IMG/VR virus record: IMGVR_UViG_3300023179_000009
Span: 248,001 to 312,000 of that record
Reading direction: 5' to 3' (one strand)
Length of the DNA: 64,000 nucleotides
The notes beneath the pieces are model-generated. The model made no database searches, was not told the DNA's origin, and saw only the letters and a list, made by a program, of their open reading frames with translations. Position numbers and translations under genes: made by a program. This document shows, piece after piece, positions 9,876 through 19,860 of the stretch (its first letter is position 1; each line of letters begins with the position of its first letter).

Positions 9876-10955
9876 ATGTTAAAAAACCCAGATAACCAAT
9901 CAACCAATTTTGCTTTTTGCTCCAATCCTTTCACGAAAGTGATATTAACCAGTTGGGGCGAAGTTTCTATGTGCTGCCATCAACATACCCAACTGGGAAA
10001 ATTAGACGAAAAAACCGATATTTTGGATATTTGGAATAATTTTGTTGCAAAAGAAATAAGAGAATTTACAAAAAATGGAAAATTGCACCCAGTTTGTTTT
10101 TCTTGGAATGTTTGTCCATTTATCACTAAGTTAAAAAAACCTTTTTATTTTGAATCTTATAAAAATTCTCGTTTTCCAATATTTTTAGAAATATGTTTGC
10201 CGGATAAGCATTGCAATATCGGCGGAGAAACACCTGATGAGGATAACCCAGCTTGCATTATGTGTGCAAGAAACTTTCACAAGCCAGACCAGCCGGATAT
10301 GACAGATTTTTTATGCGAAAAAGCAAAATCATTAATGCCCTATTTAAGATTTTTAAGTGTTTTGGGCATAGCAGAACCTTTTTGGAAGGATGCAGTTTTT
10401 AGAATTTTTGAAAAACTAGATTTTAAAAAATATAAAAATGAAATAGAATTTACAACAAATACTAATGGAACTTGTTTGAACGAGAAAACATCATTAAAGT
10501 TTTTTAATTCAACTACTAAATCTAATATCTCTTGGTCATTAGACGCTGCCGATCCAATTACTTTTAAAAAAATTAGAAGACTTGATTTGTATGACCAAGT
10601 AATAGAGAATTTAAAAAGATGGATTAAAATGAGAGAAAAATTTGGTGGCAAAAAACAACACAGAGTTTCTATTTACAACAACATAAACATGTTAAACGTT
10701 CACGAAATGTCTAAAATGGTGGAAACAGCACACAAGTTAAATGTTGAAAAACTAACAATGATCCCCACCTCAGACCAATTAGGCATTGTAAAATTGGGAG
10801 ATTTGTTGCTCAATAAAAAAAACGTTGATCTTTTTAAACAAGAGTCTGAGAAAGCGACGAGTCTGGCAAAAAAATTAGGTGTAGAATTAGAATATCCTAA
10901 ATGTTTTGATCTGGTTCCTCCCACTGTTGAGCAGTTGGTTCAATTAAGCATTTGA
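9876..10955 (+). CDS. SPASM/twitch + radical SAM domain protein (paralog 3)
   Basis: CSNPF...GEVSMCC; CNIGG-x-ACIMC (CX13CX2C); GIAEPF, NTNGT, SLDAA; C-terminal LVQLSI. Confidence 0.75.
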   Translation: MLKNPDNQSTNFAFCSNPFTKVILTSWGEVSMCCHQHTQLGKLDEKTDILDIWNNFVAKEIREFTKNGKLHPVCFSWNVCPFITKLKKPFYFESYKNSRFPIFLEICLPDKHCNIGGETPDEDNPACIMCARNFHKPDQPDMTDFLCEKAKSLMPYLRFLSVLGIAEPFWKDAVFRIFEKLDFKKYKNEIEFTTNTNGTCLNEKTSLKFFNSTTKSNISWSLDAADPITFKKIRRLDLYDQVIENLKRWIKMREKFGGKKQHRVSIYNNINMLNVHEMSKMVETAHKLNVEKLTMIPTSDQLGIVKLGDLLLNKKNVDLFKQESEKATSLAKKLGVELEYPKCFDLVPPTVEQLVQLSI

Positions 10956-10999
10956 GTTAACAATCCTAAATAAAATATAACATAACTAAAGGAGGATTT

Positions 11000-11248
11000 A
11001 TGTTTTATATAATTGGTTGGTTGTTTTATGGCTTATTAGTAGGCTTAATCGCAAAAGCATTCCACCCTGGGAATGAAGCACAAGGTTTTCTTCCAACAAT
11101 TGGTATCGGAATAGCTGGCAGCTATGTCGGTGGCTTAATCAACTATTTAATTGGTGCGGGCGGTAGCCCAATTTCGCCATCAGGCTTTGTTATGGGAATA
11201 GTTGGAGGTGTATTGTTTTGTTGGATCTATAAAAAATATTTAGCCTAA
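11000..11248 (+). CDS. GlsB/YeaQ/YmgE (transglycosylase-associated) small membrane protein
   Basis: Three Gly-rich TM helices, GLLVGLIAKAFHPG...IGIGIAGSYVGG pattern; RBS AAGGAGG upstream. Confidence 0.8.
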   Translation: MFYIIGWLFYGLLVGLIAKAFHPGNEAQGFLPTIGIGIAGSYVGGLINYLIGAGGSPISPSGFVMGIVGGVLFCWIYKKYLA

Positions 11249-11250
11249 AT

Positions 11251-11285
11251 TTTTTTTGGGGGGCAAAAACTGCCCCCCAAAAAAA
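11251..11285. repeat. perfect 15-bp inverted repeat (hairpin)
   Basis: TTTTTTTGGGGGGCA-AAAAC-TGCCCCCCAAAAAAA; the T-run precedes the stem on both strands, so it is not a canonical intrinsic terminator. Confidence 0.7.
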
Positions 11286-11305
11286 TATTTGCAACGGAGG
11301 GAGCC

Positions 11306-11635
11306 GTGCAAAAATTTTGTTTTTCTTTTAAGCCCTACACACTCAACAAATTGTGGTTTTTTGATGATCTAAAAAATGGATTAGTCAAAGAAGCACTTAC
11401 CGATGGTGTTCCCGAGGTGATAATTCGTGCTTGTCAAAAAAGCAATCTGATGCAAAATATTGAAGTGCATTTTGCAGATTTTCGTTTTGGTCGTTTTTAT
11501 CTAGATTTTCAAAAGCCATTGAGAAATGGAAATCTTTATTCTTGGAAAGAAGAAAATTTAAAATGTTGGTTCTGTCCAGCTTTATTGAAGTATTTTATAA
11601 AACCTCCAAAAAAGATTTGGTTCTCCGTAATTTAA
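11306..11635 (+). CDS. hypothetical protein (DUF6717-like)
   Basis: WFFDD...LVKEA...G...WFCPALLKYF..PPKKI pattern; family recalled, not searched. Confidence 0.5.
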   Translation: MQKFCFSFKPYTLNKLWFFDDLKNGLVKEALTDGVPEVIIRACQKSNLMQNIEVHFADFRFGRFYLDFQKPLRNGNLYSWKEENLKCWFCPALLKYFIKPPKKIWFSVI

Positions 11636-11760
11636 CAAAAAACTTAAATCAAAATCAGATTTGCTGATTATATTATATTTTGATATATTTATGGCCCGGT
11701 GGTGTGTACGATCTGGTTCGACTCCAGCCTCACATCATCGGGCTTTTTTTTGGAGATTTT

Positions 11761-13512
11761 ATGGAAAACCAACAAGATATTCAATCACACATTGAAAGAG
11801 AAGTTCAAAGAAAAACAAGCAGACTTCTCATACAGCACAACGAAGAAATTTCTGAACTAAAAAAAATTATCGAACAGTGCAGATCGGATTTGGTTCGCCA
11901 ACACAATATTATATCCAAATTATCGTCTGAGCCTTTAGTTTATGGTTATTTGCTCAAAGTCCACAAATTAGTGGATCCTGCTTGTTTTAAAAACAACGAT
12001 GAAATCATTGTCGTTGATGAAAACAGTCCACATTTTCAAAAAGGTGGCAAGATAATTCTTGCGTCGAGTTACGATAGTGTTGTTGATGAACATGGTAGTG
12101 TTCTCGTTAGATTAGTAGACGACACAGAGGAAAGATTTTTTATAGGCTCAAAGCAAGGACAATCCGCACAAATTCGCCTAACACAAAAAGCCGATGGCAC
12201 CTACGCTGTAGTGCAAATTGATGGCAAGCCATGGGAAATACAAGGTTTGCCATTTTTAGATCTTTGCGTAGGCGATTCAGTAAAAGTAAAACCAGATAAT
12301 AAAGCCATAGTTGATAAGGCAGAGGACTTGCCTGCTGGCCCAATTTGTATCGTATCCGCCGTGTTGGATCAAAATATAGAAGTCTTATATAAGGGAGATA
12401 AATTTTTAGTTTTCAATCCTAAAAACTTCACCCTAGAAGAAGGTGATAGAGTCCTAACGGACTACAATCTTTTTTCTGTTACAAAAAAACTTGAAAAAGA
12501 AAATCATTCAAAATATAAAATTTCCCAAGATTTGAATGTGAGTTGGGATGATGTCGGTGGATTAGACTTTGCAAAACAAGAATTAAAAAGCGCTTTGGAA
12601 TTTCCTTTTTTGTATCCACATCTTTTTGACCATTATAACATAGAGGGTTTACGTGGAGTTTTATTATATGGCCCACCAGGATGCGGAAAGACTCTTCTTG
12701 CAAGAGTGTGTGCTCATTCAATTGCAAAAATTCATGGAAAACAAGCAATAGACTCGGCATACATTTATGTGAAATCACCAGAAATCTTAGATAAATGGGT
12801 TGGCAATACCGAAAGAGAAATTCGTGAATTATTTGAACGTGGCAGAAAGCATTATCGTGAACATGGCTACAAAGCAATTCTTGCAATCGACGAAGCAGAT
12901 GCAATCATGCCCCAACGTGGCACACGCAGAAGCAGTGACATATCTGACACTATAGTACCTATGTTTTTGGGAGAAATGGATGGCATTGATAGCGTTCAAA
13001 CAAAAGAGAATCCAATTGTGATTCTTATGACCAATCGTGCCGATGTGTTGGATCCGGCAATTACTCGCCCAGGAAGAATCAGCCGCCATATCAAAATCGA
13101 TAGACCAAACGAGATCACATCGATTGACATATTAAAAATTCACTCTGATCGGGTTCCTTTTTCTAAAGAAGAAGAAAAAGAGGCACTTTTAACCATCACA
13201 ACAGCCGATGTTTTTTCTAAAAATCACACCCTATACAGGGTCAACAATGAATATGATTTTACACTTGGAAATTGTGTGAATGGAGCTATGTTGTCAAATA
13301 TTTTAGAAATTGCTAAAATGAATGCACTGCATAGAGATATTGAAAATAAAACAACCACCGGTGTGGATCTGGAAGACTTTCGTTTAGCGGTCAAAAAAGT
13401 TTATCGTCAACAAAGAGGATTAAATCACTCATACGATTTACAGGACTTTGCTGAAAGTTTAGGAATTCAACATCAAAATATGCAAGTTGAACGTTGCTTT
13501 GGATCTTTTTAA
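11761..13512 (+). CDS. AAA+ ATPase resembling proteasome-associated ARC/Mpa/PAN unfoldases
   Basis: N-terminal coiled coil and beta-rich region, WDDVGGL, GVLLYGPPGCGKT, VKSPEILDKWVG.TE, IDEAD, EMDG, TNRADVLDPAITRPGR; start chosen at ATG 11761 after GGAG. Confidence 0.8.
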   Translation: MENQQDIQSHIEREVQRKTSRLLIQHNEEISELKKIIEQCRSDLVRQHNIISKLSSEPLVYGYLLKVHKLVDPACFKNNDEIIVVDENSPHFQKGGKIILASSYDSVVDEHGSVLVRLVDDTEERFFIGSKQGQSAQIRLTQKADGTYAVVQIDGKPWEIQGLPFLDLCVGDSVKVKPDNKAIVDKAEDLPAGPICIVSAVLDQNIEVLYKGDKFLVFNPKNFTLEEGDRVLTDYNLFSVTKKLEKENHSKYKISQDLNVSWDDVGGLDFAKQELKSALEFPFLYPHLFDHYNIEGLRGVLLYGPPGCGKTLLARVCAHSIAKIHGKQAIDSAYIYVKSPEILDKWVGNTEREIRELFERGRKHYREHGYKAILAIDEADAIMPQRGTRRSSDISDTIVPMFLGEMDGIDSVQTKENPIVILMTNRADVLDPAITRPGRISRHIKIDRPNEITSIDILKIHSDRVPFSKEEEKEALLTITTADVFSKNHTLYRVNNEYDFTLGNCVNGAMLSNILEIAKMNALHRDIENKTTTGVDLEDFRLAVKKVYRQQRGLNHSYDLQDFAESLGIQHQNMQVERCFGSF

Positions 13513-13530
13513 AAAGGAAAAATAAAAATT

Positions 13531-14031
13531 ATGGACGCTTTAACATCTAAATTTAACATTTACGATATTGAAACTTTAATAGAGGCTATGGGCGACTGGG
13601 AAATGATGGGCAACCATGATTTCCACGTGTTGCAAATGATAAAAAATGCACCCATGCCACCAGAAGATTCGGAAGCTTTTGATGTTATGCACCAAATAAA
13701 AGAAGTGTTTCGCTCAAGAGAAAAAGATATTTTGGCCGGGAGAGCCATGCGACAAGAAAAAGCTATATTTCTCAAAGCCAAATTGCTAATGGTTCGCAGC
13801 AAACTTACGAGTGGTCAACTTTTTGATATGGGCGAAAACAGCGATGCTGTGAATCAACAAAATACACAACAATCAGCAAAAGCAATTGCAAAAAAGAATT
13901 TAGAAAAATCGAATCTAGAAAAAAGATTGGAAATGGCTGAATATTTCATAAAAGATCTCGGTGTTTGGGATCATTTTCAAAAGTTCATATCAGAAACCGC
14001 AGGTGCTTTAGACAAAAATAAGAGTAAATGA
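13531..14031 (+). CDS. hypothetical protein
   Basis: 166-aa ORF with RBS, in operon. Confidence 0.6.
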   Translation: MDALTSKFNIYDIETLIEAMGDWEMMGNHDFHVLQMIKNAPMPPEDSEAFDVMHQIKEVFRSREKDILAGRAMRQEKAIFLKAKLLMVRSKLTSGQLFDMGENSDAVNQQNTQQSAKAIAKKNLEKSNLEKRLEMAEYFIKDLGVWDHFQKFISETAGALDKNKSK

Positions 14032-14990
14032 AAAACATCAATATATTTCAGGGCGATTGTATTGATGTTGAAAAAAGAATTCCTGATGAATCGGTGGATC
14101 TTGGAATTTTTGATCCTCCTTTTGGCTTGGGTGAGTCTAATTTTGACAAACATTATAATCGAGACGAAAATAACGTACTTGTTGGCTACAAAGAAGCCCC
14201 AAAAGATTATGAAAAGTGGACACACGAGTGGCTAACAGAGGCCGTTCGTGTTTTGAAGCCTAATGGTTCCATGTACGTTTTTATGGGACACACAAATCTT
14301 AGGCACCTTCTTAATGCCGCCCATAAACTGAATTTATTTGAAATAAATCATTTAATATGGAGATATAATTTTGGAGTTTATACAAAGAAAAAGTTTGTGA
14401 CATCCCATTATCATATTCTCTATTACAAGAAATCCAAAATTTCCAAAGTCAAGTTTAATACTTTTTGTCGATTTGGTTCTCAAGAAAAAGACAACAAAAA
14501 TGGATCTTTGCTTTATCAAGACTTAGAAGACGTTTTTGTGGTAAATCGTGAGTACGCTTTTGGAGAGAAAAAAAATCAAAATAAATTACCCGAAGAAATC
14601 ATAAAAAAATTAATATTGTATTCTTCAAATGAAAATGATGTGGTTTGCGATTTCTTTATGGGTAATTTTACCACAGCACTAGCCGCAATTAAACTCGGCA
14701 GGAAAGTTGCTGGTTATGAAATTAACAAAAATTCTTATGACTACAATATTAAAAAAGTTGAAAATATTGAATATGGTTGCGACTTAAAAAATTTAAAAAA
14801 AGTTGAAAATTTAAAACCATTGAATCAAGGCAAAAAAATAACAAAAGAAGAAATTGATTCTATAAAAAAAGATTATCTTTTAATGCTAGAAAAAGGTTTT
14901 AAAAAAGGTAACATCCATTTAGAATTACAAAAAAAATATGGCAGGGGCAGATTTGCCATCAAAAACATTCTTGACAAGTGCTTGTTTTAA
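14028..14990 (+). CDS. DNA N6-adenine/N4-cytosine methyltransferase (beta class)
   Basis: GDC, SVDL..FDPPF (motif IV) precedes VCDFFMG..TT (motif I), GYEIN. Confidence 0.9.
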   Translation: MKNINIFQGDCIDVEKRIPDESVDLGIFDPPFGLGESNFDKHYNRDENNVLVGYKEAPKDYEKWTHEWLTEAVRVLKPNGSMYVFMGHTNLRHLLNAAHKLNLFEINHLIWRYNFGVYTKKKFVTSHYHILYYKKSKISKVKFNTFCRFGSQEKDNKNGSLLYQDLEDVFVVNREYAFGEKKNQNKLPEEIIKKLILYSSNENDVVCDFFMGNFTTALAAIKLGRKVAGYEINKNSYDYNIKKVENIEYGCDLKNLKKVENLKPLNQGKKITKEEIDSIKKDYLLMLEKGFKKGNIHLELQKKYGRGRFAIKNILDKCLF

Positions 14991-15033
14991 ATTTTCAAAT
15001 ACTAAATATATTGTTTAGTATTTGGTGGTCTAA

Positions 15034-15696
15034 ATGTCATGTTGGAAATCCATAGTCACAGTTACTTGGGAATTTGACTCTCTTGAATCTCGTCAAGAAT
15101 GTTTAAAAAAAGTTAAATCTCAAATAGATGAAATTATAGAATCTTCTCCTCACGGTCAAGATTTTGAGAACTTCGCTGTTCAAGTCGATCTTGTCAAGAT
15201 GAAAGATCGCAATAAGTTAATTCATATAAAAAAATATGAGCCAGAAGAAATTTTTTCTTTGGTTACACACGAAGAAGAAAAAATAGAGTTTATAGTTGGT
15301 GAAAAAAGTTATTTTGTCAAAATGAATTCAAGTCGTTATCACGTTTTTAAATCTAATCAAAATTGTGTTTCTTGCGGGTTGCAAGGCAAATACATGATAC
15401 TAGACATTAATCCTAGCGATATGTGTCCTCATTTTAATTTCTATGCTGAAGAAAACGGCAGACTCGTTTTGATGACGAAAGATCATATAGTCGCTAAATC
15501 AAAAGGAGGCACTAATGATTTATCTAATTTCCAAACCTGTTGTGCTGTTTGTAATAATTTAAAAGCCGACTATGACTTGAGTTATTGCAATGTTAAAGAA
15601 TTAAGAGAAATCTATAAAAATGACAACAAACTTTCCAAGAAAGAGTTGCGTGATCTTATTAATAAAACAAGAGAAAAAATGATATCAAAAAATTAA
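15034..15696 (+). CDS. HNH endonuclease-domain protein
   Basis: CVSCG...TKDHIVAKSKGGTNDLSNFQTCCAVCNNLK. Confidence 0.8.
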   Translation: MSCWKSIVTVTWEFDSLESRQECLKKVKSQIDEIIESSPHGQDFENFAVQVDLVKMKDRNKLIHIKKYEPEEIFSLVTHEEEKIEFIVGEKSYFVKMNSSRYHVFKSNQNCVSCGLQGKYMILDINPSDMCPHFNFYAEENGRLVLMTKDHIVAKSKGGTNDLSNFQTCCAVCNNLKADYDLSYCNVKELREIYKNDNKLSKKELRDLINKTREKMISKN

Positions 15697-15699
15697 TTT

Positions 15700-16404
15700 T
15701 CATAAAAACTTAAATCTTGATTTTTGCTCATCATAGTGGTTGTATTTTAAATAATTTGATATCACAAAAGCCAGCACAGTTCCCATGTTTGATGCTTCCT
15801 CTTTATTTTTTCTAAATTTATAAGGTATTTCTAGTTGCATTGATTGAACCATGGCATCATTGCTGTGTTTTCTAAAATATTGATTCAAGTTATTTGTATC
15901 TCTACCGGCATATCTACCACCACCTTTTCCTTCAAACACACTTTTTTTAACAACATTTTCAAAACAATCACAAAATAAATTTTTCCTCCATAATTGACAA
16001 GTCAGACTGTCTTTTTTTATCCCCAACCCGTAACCTACCACCATAGCAACTTCTTCACCGGCTCTTTTGTGAACTATATCACCACATCCGTGAATATAAA
16101 AAATATTTAATTCATTTATTTTATGCAATTTGTTAACAATTTTATTTTTTAATTTAATTATCGGCTTGAGAAACTCTTCGTAAACTACGTCTTGTTTGCA
16201 ATGATCAATTCTATTGCAATTTGCTTTATCGTTGTTGACATCAACCAACTCCGACCTCTCGAAACCTCTGTTTATAACGGCATAACAATTTAGTTCTTTT
16301 GCGGCCTTTTCCGCAATAACATCTGTATTGGTGTCGTCTGCACCGTGGGGTGCAACCAACATTACATTTTTTTTACCTAAGATTATAGACACACGTTCTT
16401 TCAT
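15700..16404 (-). CDS. putative Zn-dependent amidohydrolase/peptidase-fold protein
   Basis: LVAPHG, IHG, MQLEI motifs like N-formylglutamate amidohydrolase-type proteins. Confidence 0.4.
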   Translation of the reverse strand: MKERVSIILGKKNVMLVAPHGADDTNTDVIAEKAAKELNCYAVINRGFERSELVDVNNDKANCNRIDHCKQDVVYEEFLKPIIKLKNKIVNKLHKINELNIFYIHGCGDIVHKRAGEEVAMVVGYGLGIKKDSLTCQLWRKNLFCDCFENVVKKSVFEGKGGGRYAGRDTNNLNQYFRKHSNDAMVQSMQLEIPYKFRKNKEEASNMGTVLAFVISNYLKYNHYDEQKSRFKFL

Positions 16405-17114
16405 AAATGAATTTTTCTCTTTTTGTTTTTAAAAATGTTAAAAGCTTCGTGATTCTTTGTTCTGTTTAAGCCTATGAAATGATAACCTTTTCCTTCGCAC
16501 AATGTATATTCGCAATTTGTTATTGATTCTTTAGGTATTATAATATAATTCTTATTATCCAAAAGTGCAAGAGCTACCAATCCTTGTTCGTCAAAAGTTT
16601 CATTTTTATCATGTTCATATAATGCATTTTTTTCCCATTTTTCCCCAACATAAAATTTTATGTATTTTTCAAAATCGAAATTTGGTGGCATTCCATAAAC
16701 CCCACTGTTTATACAAAACTTTGGAGGAACATGATTTTCAAATCTTCCATAAGTTCTTCCTAAATCTTCTAATAATAAAGTGAAATTATTTTTTTTGAAA
16801 AACTCGTCTATTTGTTCGATTCTTTCATTTAAAATTATATCGTTGTCTATTGATATTTCGTGTCTTTTTATATCTAATCTCGGCGGATACAGTTTCCAAG
16901 CAACACCCGCTGCTTCTGGCATTCCGTTGATATTTTTTTGTTGTTCTACTAAGTTAAATTTTTTCAACTGTTGTGGGAGTTGGCCTAATTCACAATTATA
17001 GCAAATAAACACATCGGCTTGGTAATACTTTAAGAATGAATTGATTGATTCTATCAAACATTCATATCCGTCTTTGCTTGTTTTTCCAATTGTCCATCTT
17101 ACTAAAGGTTGCAT
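16401..17114 (-). CDS. putative glycosyltransferase-like protein
   Basis: ISIDNDII (DxD), INSGVYG, FDEQG, HFIG. Confidence 0.45.
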   Translation of the reverse strand: MQPLVRWTIGKTSKDGYECLIESINSFLKYYQADVFICYNCELGQLPQQLKKFNLVEQQKNINGMPEAAGVAWKLYPPRLDIKRHEISIDNDIILNERIEQIDEFFKKNNFTLLLEDLGRTYGRFENHVPPKFCINSGVYGMPPNFDFEKYIKFYVGEKWEKNALYEHDKNETFDEQGLVALALLDNKNYIIIPKESITNCEYTLCEGKGYHFIGLNRTKNHEAFNIFKNKKRKIHL

Positions 17115-17435
17115 AAAAAAATTATTAATTATAGATAAATAATTCTAACAAAAAAGGTATTTTTGAAAAACAAATCAAATATTATTGATTTAAGCGACTG
17201 CAATAAGATAGTTGTTTCTAAAATTATTCTATCTGTTATGGGCTATTTTGAGTCTAAAGGGAAAAAAGTAACCCTTAAAAAGAAAACACAAAAAACCCAT
17301 AAAATTCTCACTGTACAAAAAGCCACTTGACATAGTGCGTATAATGTATTGGTGGCCCAAAAACACACACCGAACAGCCCGCCTATAATTTTTGATACCA
17401 ACTAGAGCGGCGTACCCCAACCGGAGAAACCGAAA

Positions 17436-18941
17436 ATGTCTGAGTGGTTTAGTGCCCATAAAGATGGATTGCGTCAAATTGCGGAAAGGTTAGTTGAACG
17501 TCGTGGGTTCGGTATTGTAGGAGGAGAACTCTATCAAAACGTGATGGACACCAACGCAACCTCTTGCGTTATCACTCTAAATAAACTCGCTGGTCGTCCC
17601 TTGGCCGAGTTAAGCGTTGAAGACAATGATCCCAATGGATTTCCTGATTTGGCTCACGCTTGGACTGTTTTTGCTCCTTCCTTGAAAAAGAGCGACCCCA
17701 CCAAGGCTGGAAGATTTAATGTTGGCGAAAAAATGGTTCTTGCTTTTTGCAAAGAAGCCAAAATTCACACAACCAAAGGTCTTGTAGAATTTAATCAAGA
17801 AGGCAGAAAAGAATATACTCGCAGAAAGAGAGAAGTCGGCACTGAATTTTGGGCTTTAATTGAGTGTAATCAAGAGCGTTATGATCAATTTATTGATTAC
17901 ATGAGAAAAATTATCGTTAGACCAGGATTGACTTTGACGGTTAACGGGGAAATAATTCAATGTCGTGAACCACTCACTAAATTTGTTGAAAAACTACCCA
18001 CGGAAATTGCTGGCGAAGATGGCATTCTTAGAAAATCAATACGCCAGACAGAGGTTCAAATTTACGAAGCGTTGCCGGGAGAAGAACCGTACTTGTACGA
18101 AATGGGAATCCCGGTTGTCGAAACCGGAGACAAGTGGCACTATAATGTTTTGCAAAAAGTTCCGTTGAATGTTGACAGGGATAATGTCACTCCTTCTTAC
18201 TTAAGAAACTTGCGTGTCGTTGTTTTCAACAACATGCATGAAAAAATTGAAGAAAGCGACGTTACATCTTCTTGGGTCAACGAAGCAGCGGATGATAAAA
18301 ATTGTTTGCCAGATGCCGTAGAAACTTTTCGTGTTAAGAGATACGGTGAGAAATCGGTTGCTTTTGACCCGACTAACCAAGAAGCAAATGCAGAAGCCGT
18401 GGCTCATGGTTATACCTTGATACCACCTAGGGGACTGAGTTCTGGTCAAAGAAAGAATCTTTACTCAGCAGGAACTTTGGTTTCTAGTAGTGATGCTTTT
18501 CCTTTGGCTGGCAAGGGTGCGTATAGTGATGATCCAAATGCTACTCCGGTAGAAGTCATCGAAGAAAATGACTGGACCGATGACATGTGTTTGATTCACG
18601 AATACACGACAGAAGTTGCAAAAAGATTGTTGGGTAAAAATGTAGATGTGAGATTCGTTAACTGTTCACGATATGCTTATAAGCCTTGGAGTGCATGTTT
18701 TGCCAGAGGTCACTTGTTATCAACCAGTTATTTTGATTACAACATTCACGCTCTTGGCAAAAAATGGTTTTCTTCAGGGGTCAATGAGAACGTTGATGAT
18801 TTAATTTTACATGAACTTGCCCATGAGTTTGAATCCAACCATCTATCGGAAGATTATTATAAGGCTTGCACAAAACTAGGTGCCAGACTTAAGGCAGAGG
18901 TTTTGAGAGATTATGATTGGTTCTTGAAGTTTGTTAAATAA
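17436..18941 (+). CDS. GHKL-type ATPase with C-terminal HExxH metallopeptidase-like motif
   Basis: ELYQNVMD (N box), VEDND.NG, S.KK....GRFNVGEK (G2 box); C-terminal LILHELAH...H. Confidence 0.65.
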   Translation: MSEWFSAHKDGLRQIAERLVERRGFGIVGGELYQNVMDTNATSCVITLNKLAGRPLAELSVEDNDPNGFPDLAHAWTVFAPSLKKSDPTKAGRFNVGEKMVLAFCKEAKIHTTKGLVEFNQEGRKEYTRRKREVGTEFWALIECNQERYDQFIDYMRKIIVRPGLTLTVNGEIIQCREPLTKFVEKLPTEIAGEDGILRKSIRQTEVQIYEALPGEEPYLYEMGIPVVETGDKWHYNVLQKVPLNVDRDNVTPSYLRNLRVVVFNNMHEKIEESDVTSSWVNEAADDKNCLPDAVETFRVKRYGEKSVAFDPTNQEANAEAVAHGYTLIPPRGLSSGQRKNLYSAGTLVSSSDAFPLAGKGAYSDDPNATPVEVIEENDWTDDMCLIHEYTTEVAKRLLGKNVDVRFVNCSRYAYKPWSACFARGHLLSTSYFDYNIHALGKKWFSSGVNENVDDLILHELAHEFESNHLSEDYYKACTKLGARLKAEVLRDYDWFLKFVK

Positions 18942-18968
18942 TTCTTTTCATTTTCAAAGAAAGAAAAC

Positions 18969-19826
18969 ATGAATACTTTTGAGTATTATGCTCCCACAAA
19001 GTTATCCAAAGAAGAAAAAGCCGAAATTGAAAATAAAATGAAAGAAGCTTTCTTTTGCTTCGAGTCTGTGGCAAAAGAAAGATATGGATTTCCAAATGTT
19101 AAAAAACTTAGGAACGATTACAAAAAAGGATTGGTTGATCTTGATGGCAAGGCCAAAGATCTAATGGACTGGATGATTGCCAACGAACAAAGAATCATCT
19201 CGGGCTATATCAAGATGGTCAAGAAAATGGGTTTAACTCCAAGTTATCGAAGCAAAAGAAGAGGGGTTTCTTATAGCGATTATCTCCAAGAAGCCTGTTG
19301 TGCTATTTATGATGCAATGTATTTGTATAATGGAAAAAGCAAGTTTTCTACATATTGCTTTTGGGTAATCAAGAACAACATCATTAACTACAATAGGTCT
19401 CAAGAAAGACAAGATGTTGTAGAGCATCACATTGATGAAATCAAACAACAGGTGTTTGATCTTCAAAATCAAGGAATCACCGTTGAGAAGGCTGTTTCAA
19501 AATTATCTTCAACAGACGAATCTGTTTTCGGAACAATTCAAAAAGTTCAATCCTCACTATTGGGTGAATCAAGATCTTTTCAAGATGGCGATGAAAGGCT
19601 TTTGATGTGGCGGGCCATAGAAGAAACTCAACTTAGCGATCTTGAAAGAAATTTAGTAGACAATTGTATTAACGGCAATCGTGGTCACATAGCCAGAATG
19701 GCAGAAACTGTTATAAATCCAAACACGGGAAAGTTGTATACAAAACAAAGGCTTTCCCAGATTTTTATTCGGGCTTGTGAAAAAATTCGCAAAACTTATC
19801 GCACCAAGCAACGAGCGGCTGCTTAG
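18969..19826 (+). CDS. RNA polymerase sigma-70-family factor (phage-encoded)
   Basis: Region-2-like YSDYLQEACCAIYDAMYLYN..SKFSTYCFWVIKNNI; region-4-like LSDLER...TKQRLSQIFIRACEKIRK. Confidence 0.7.
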   Translation: MNTFEYYAPTKLSKEEKAEIENKMKEAFFCFESVAKERYGFPNVKKLRNDYKKGLVDLDGKAKDLMDWMIANEQRIISGYIKMVKKMGLTPSYRSKRRGVSYSDYLQEACCAIYDAMYLYNGKSKFSTYCFWVIKNNIINYNRSQERQDVVEHHIDEIKQQVFDLQNQGITVEKAVSKLSSTDESVFGTIQKVQSSLLGESRSFQDGDERLLMWRAIEETQLSDLERNLVDNCINGNRGHIARMAETVINPNTGKLYTKQRLSQIFIRACEKIRKTYRTKQRAAA

Positions 19827-19860
19827 TTTGATACTAACTAACGAAACACAAGGAGTGAAA

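Noticed and set aside
17327-17345. TTGACA and TATAAT hexamers close together
   Set aside because: The spacing is 7 bp, incompatible with a single sigma70 promoter
17392-17405. TGATACCA in the dispersed motif resembles the complement of the tRNA-iMet primer-binding site of eukaryotic LTR retroelements
   Set aside because: There is no reverse transcriptase or LTR, the context is prokaryotic, and the match is only 8 nt
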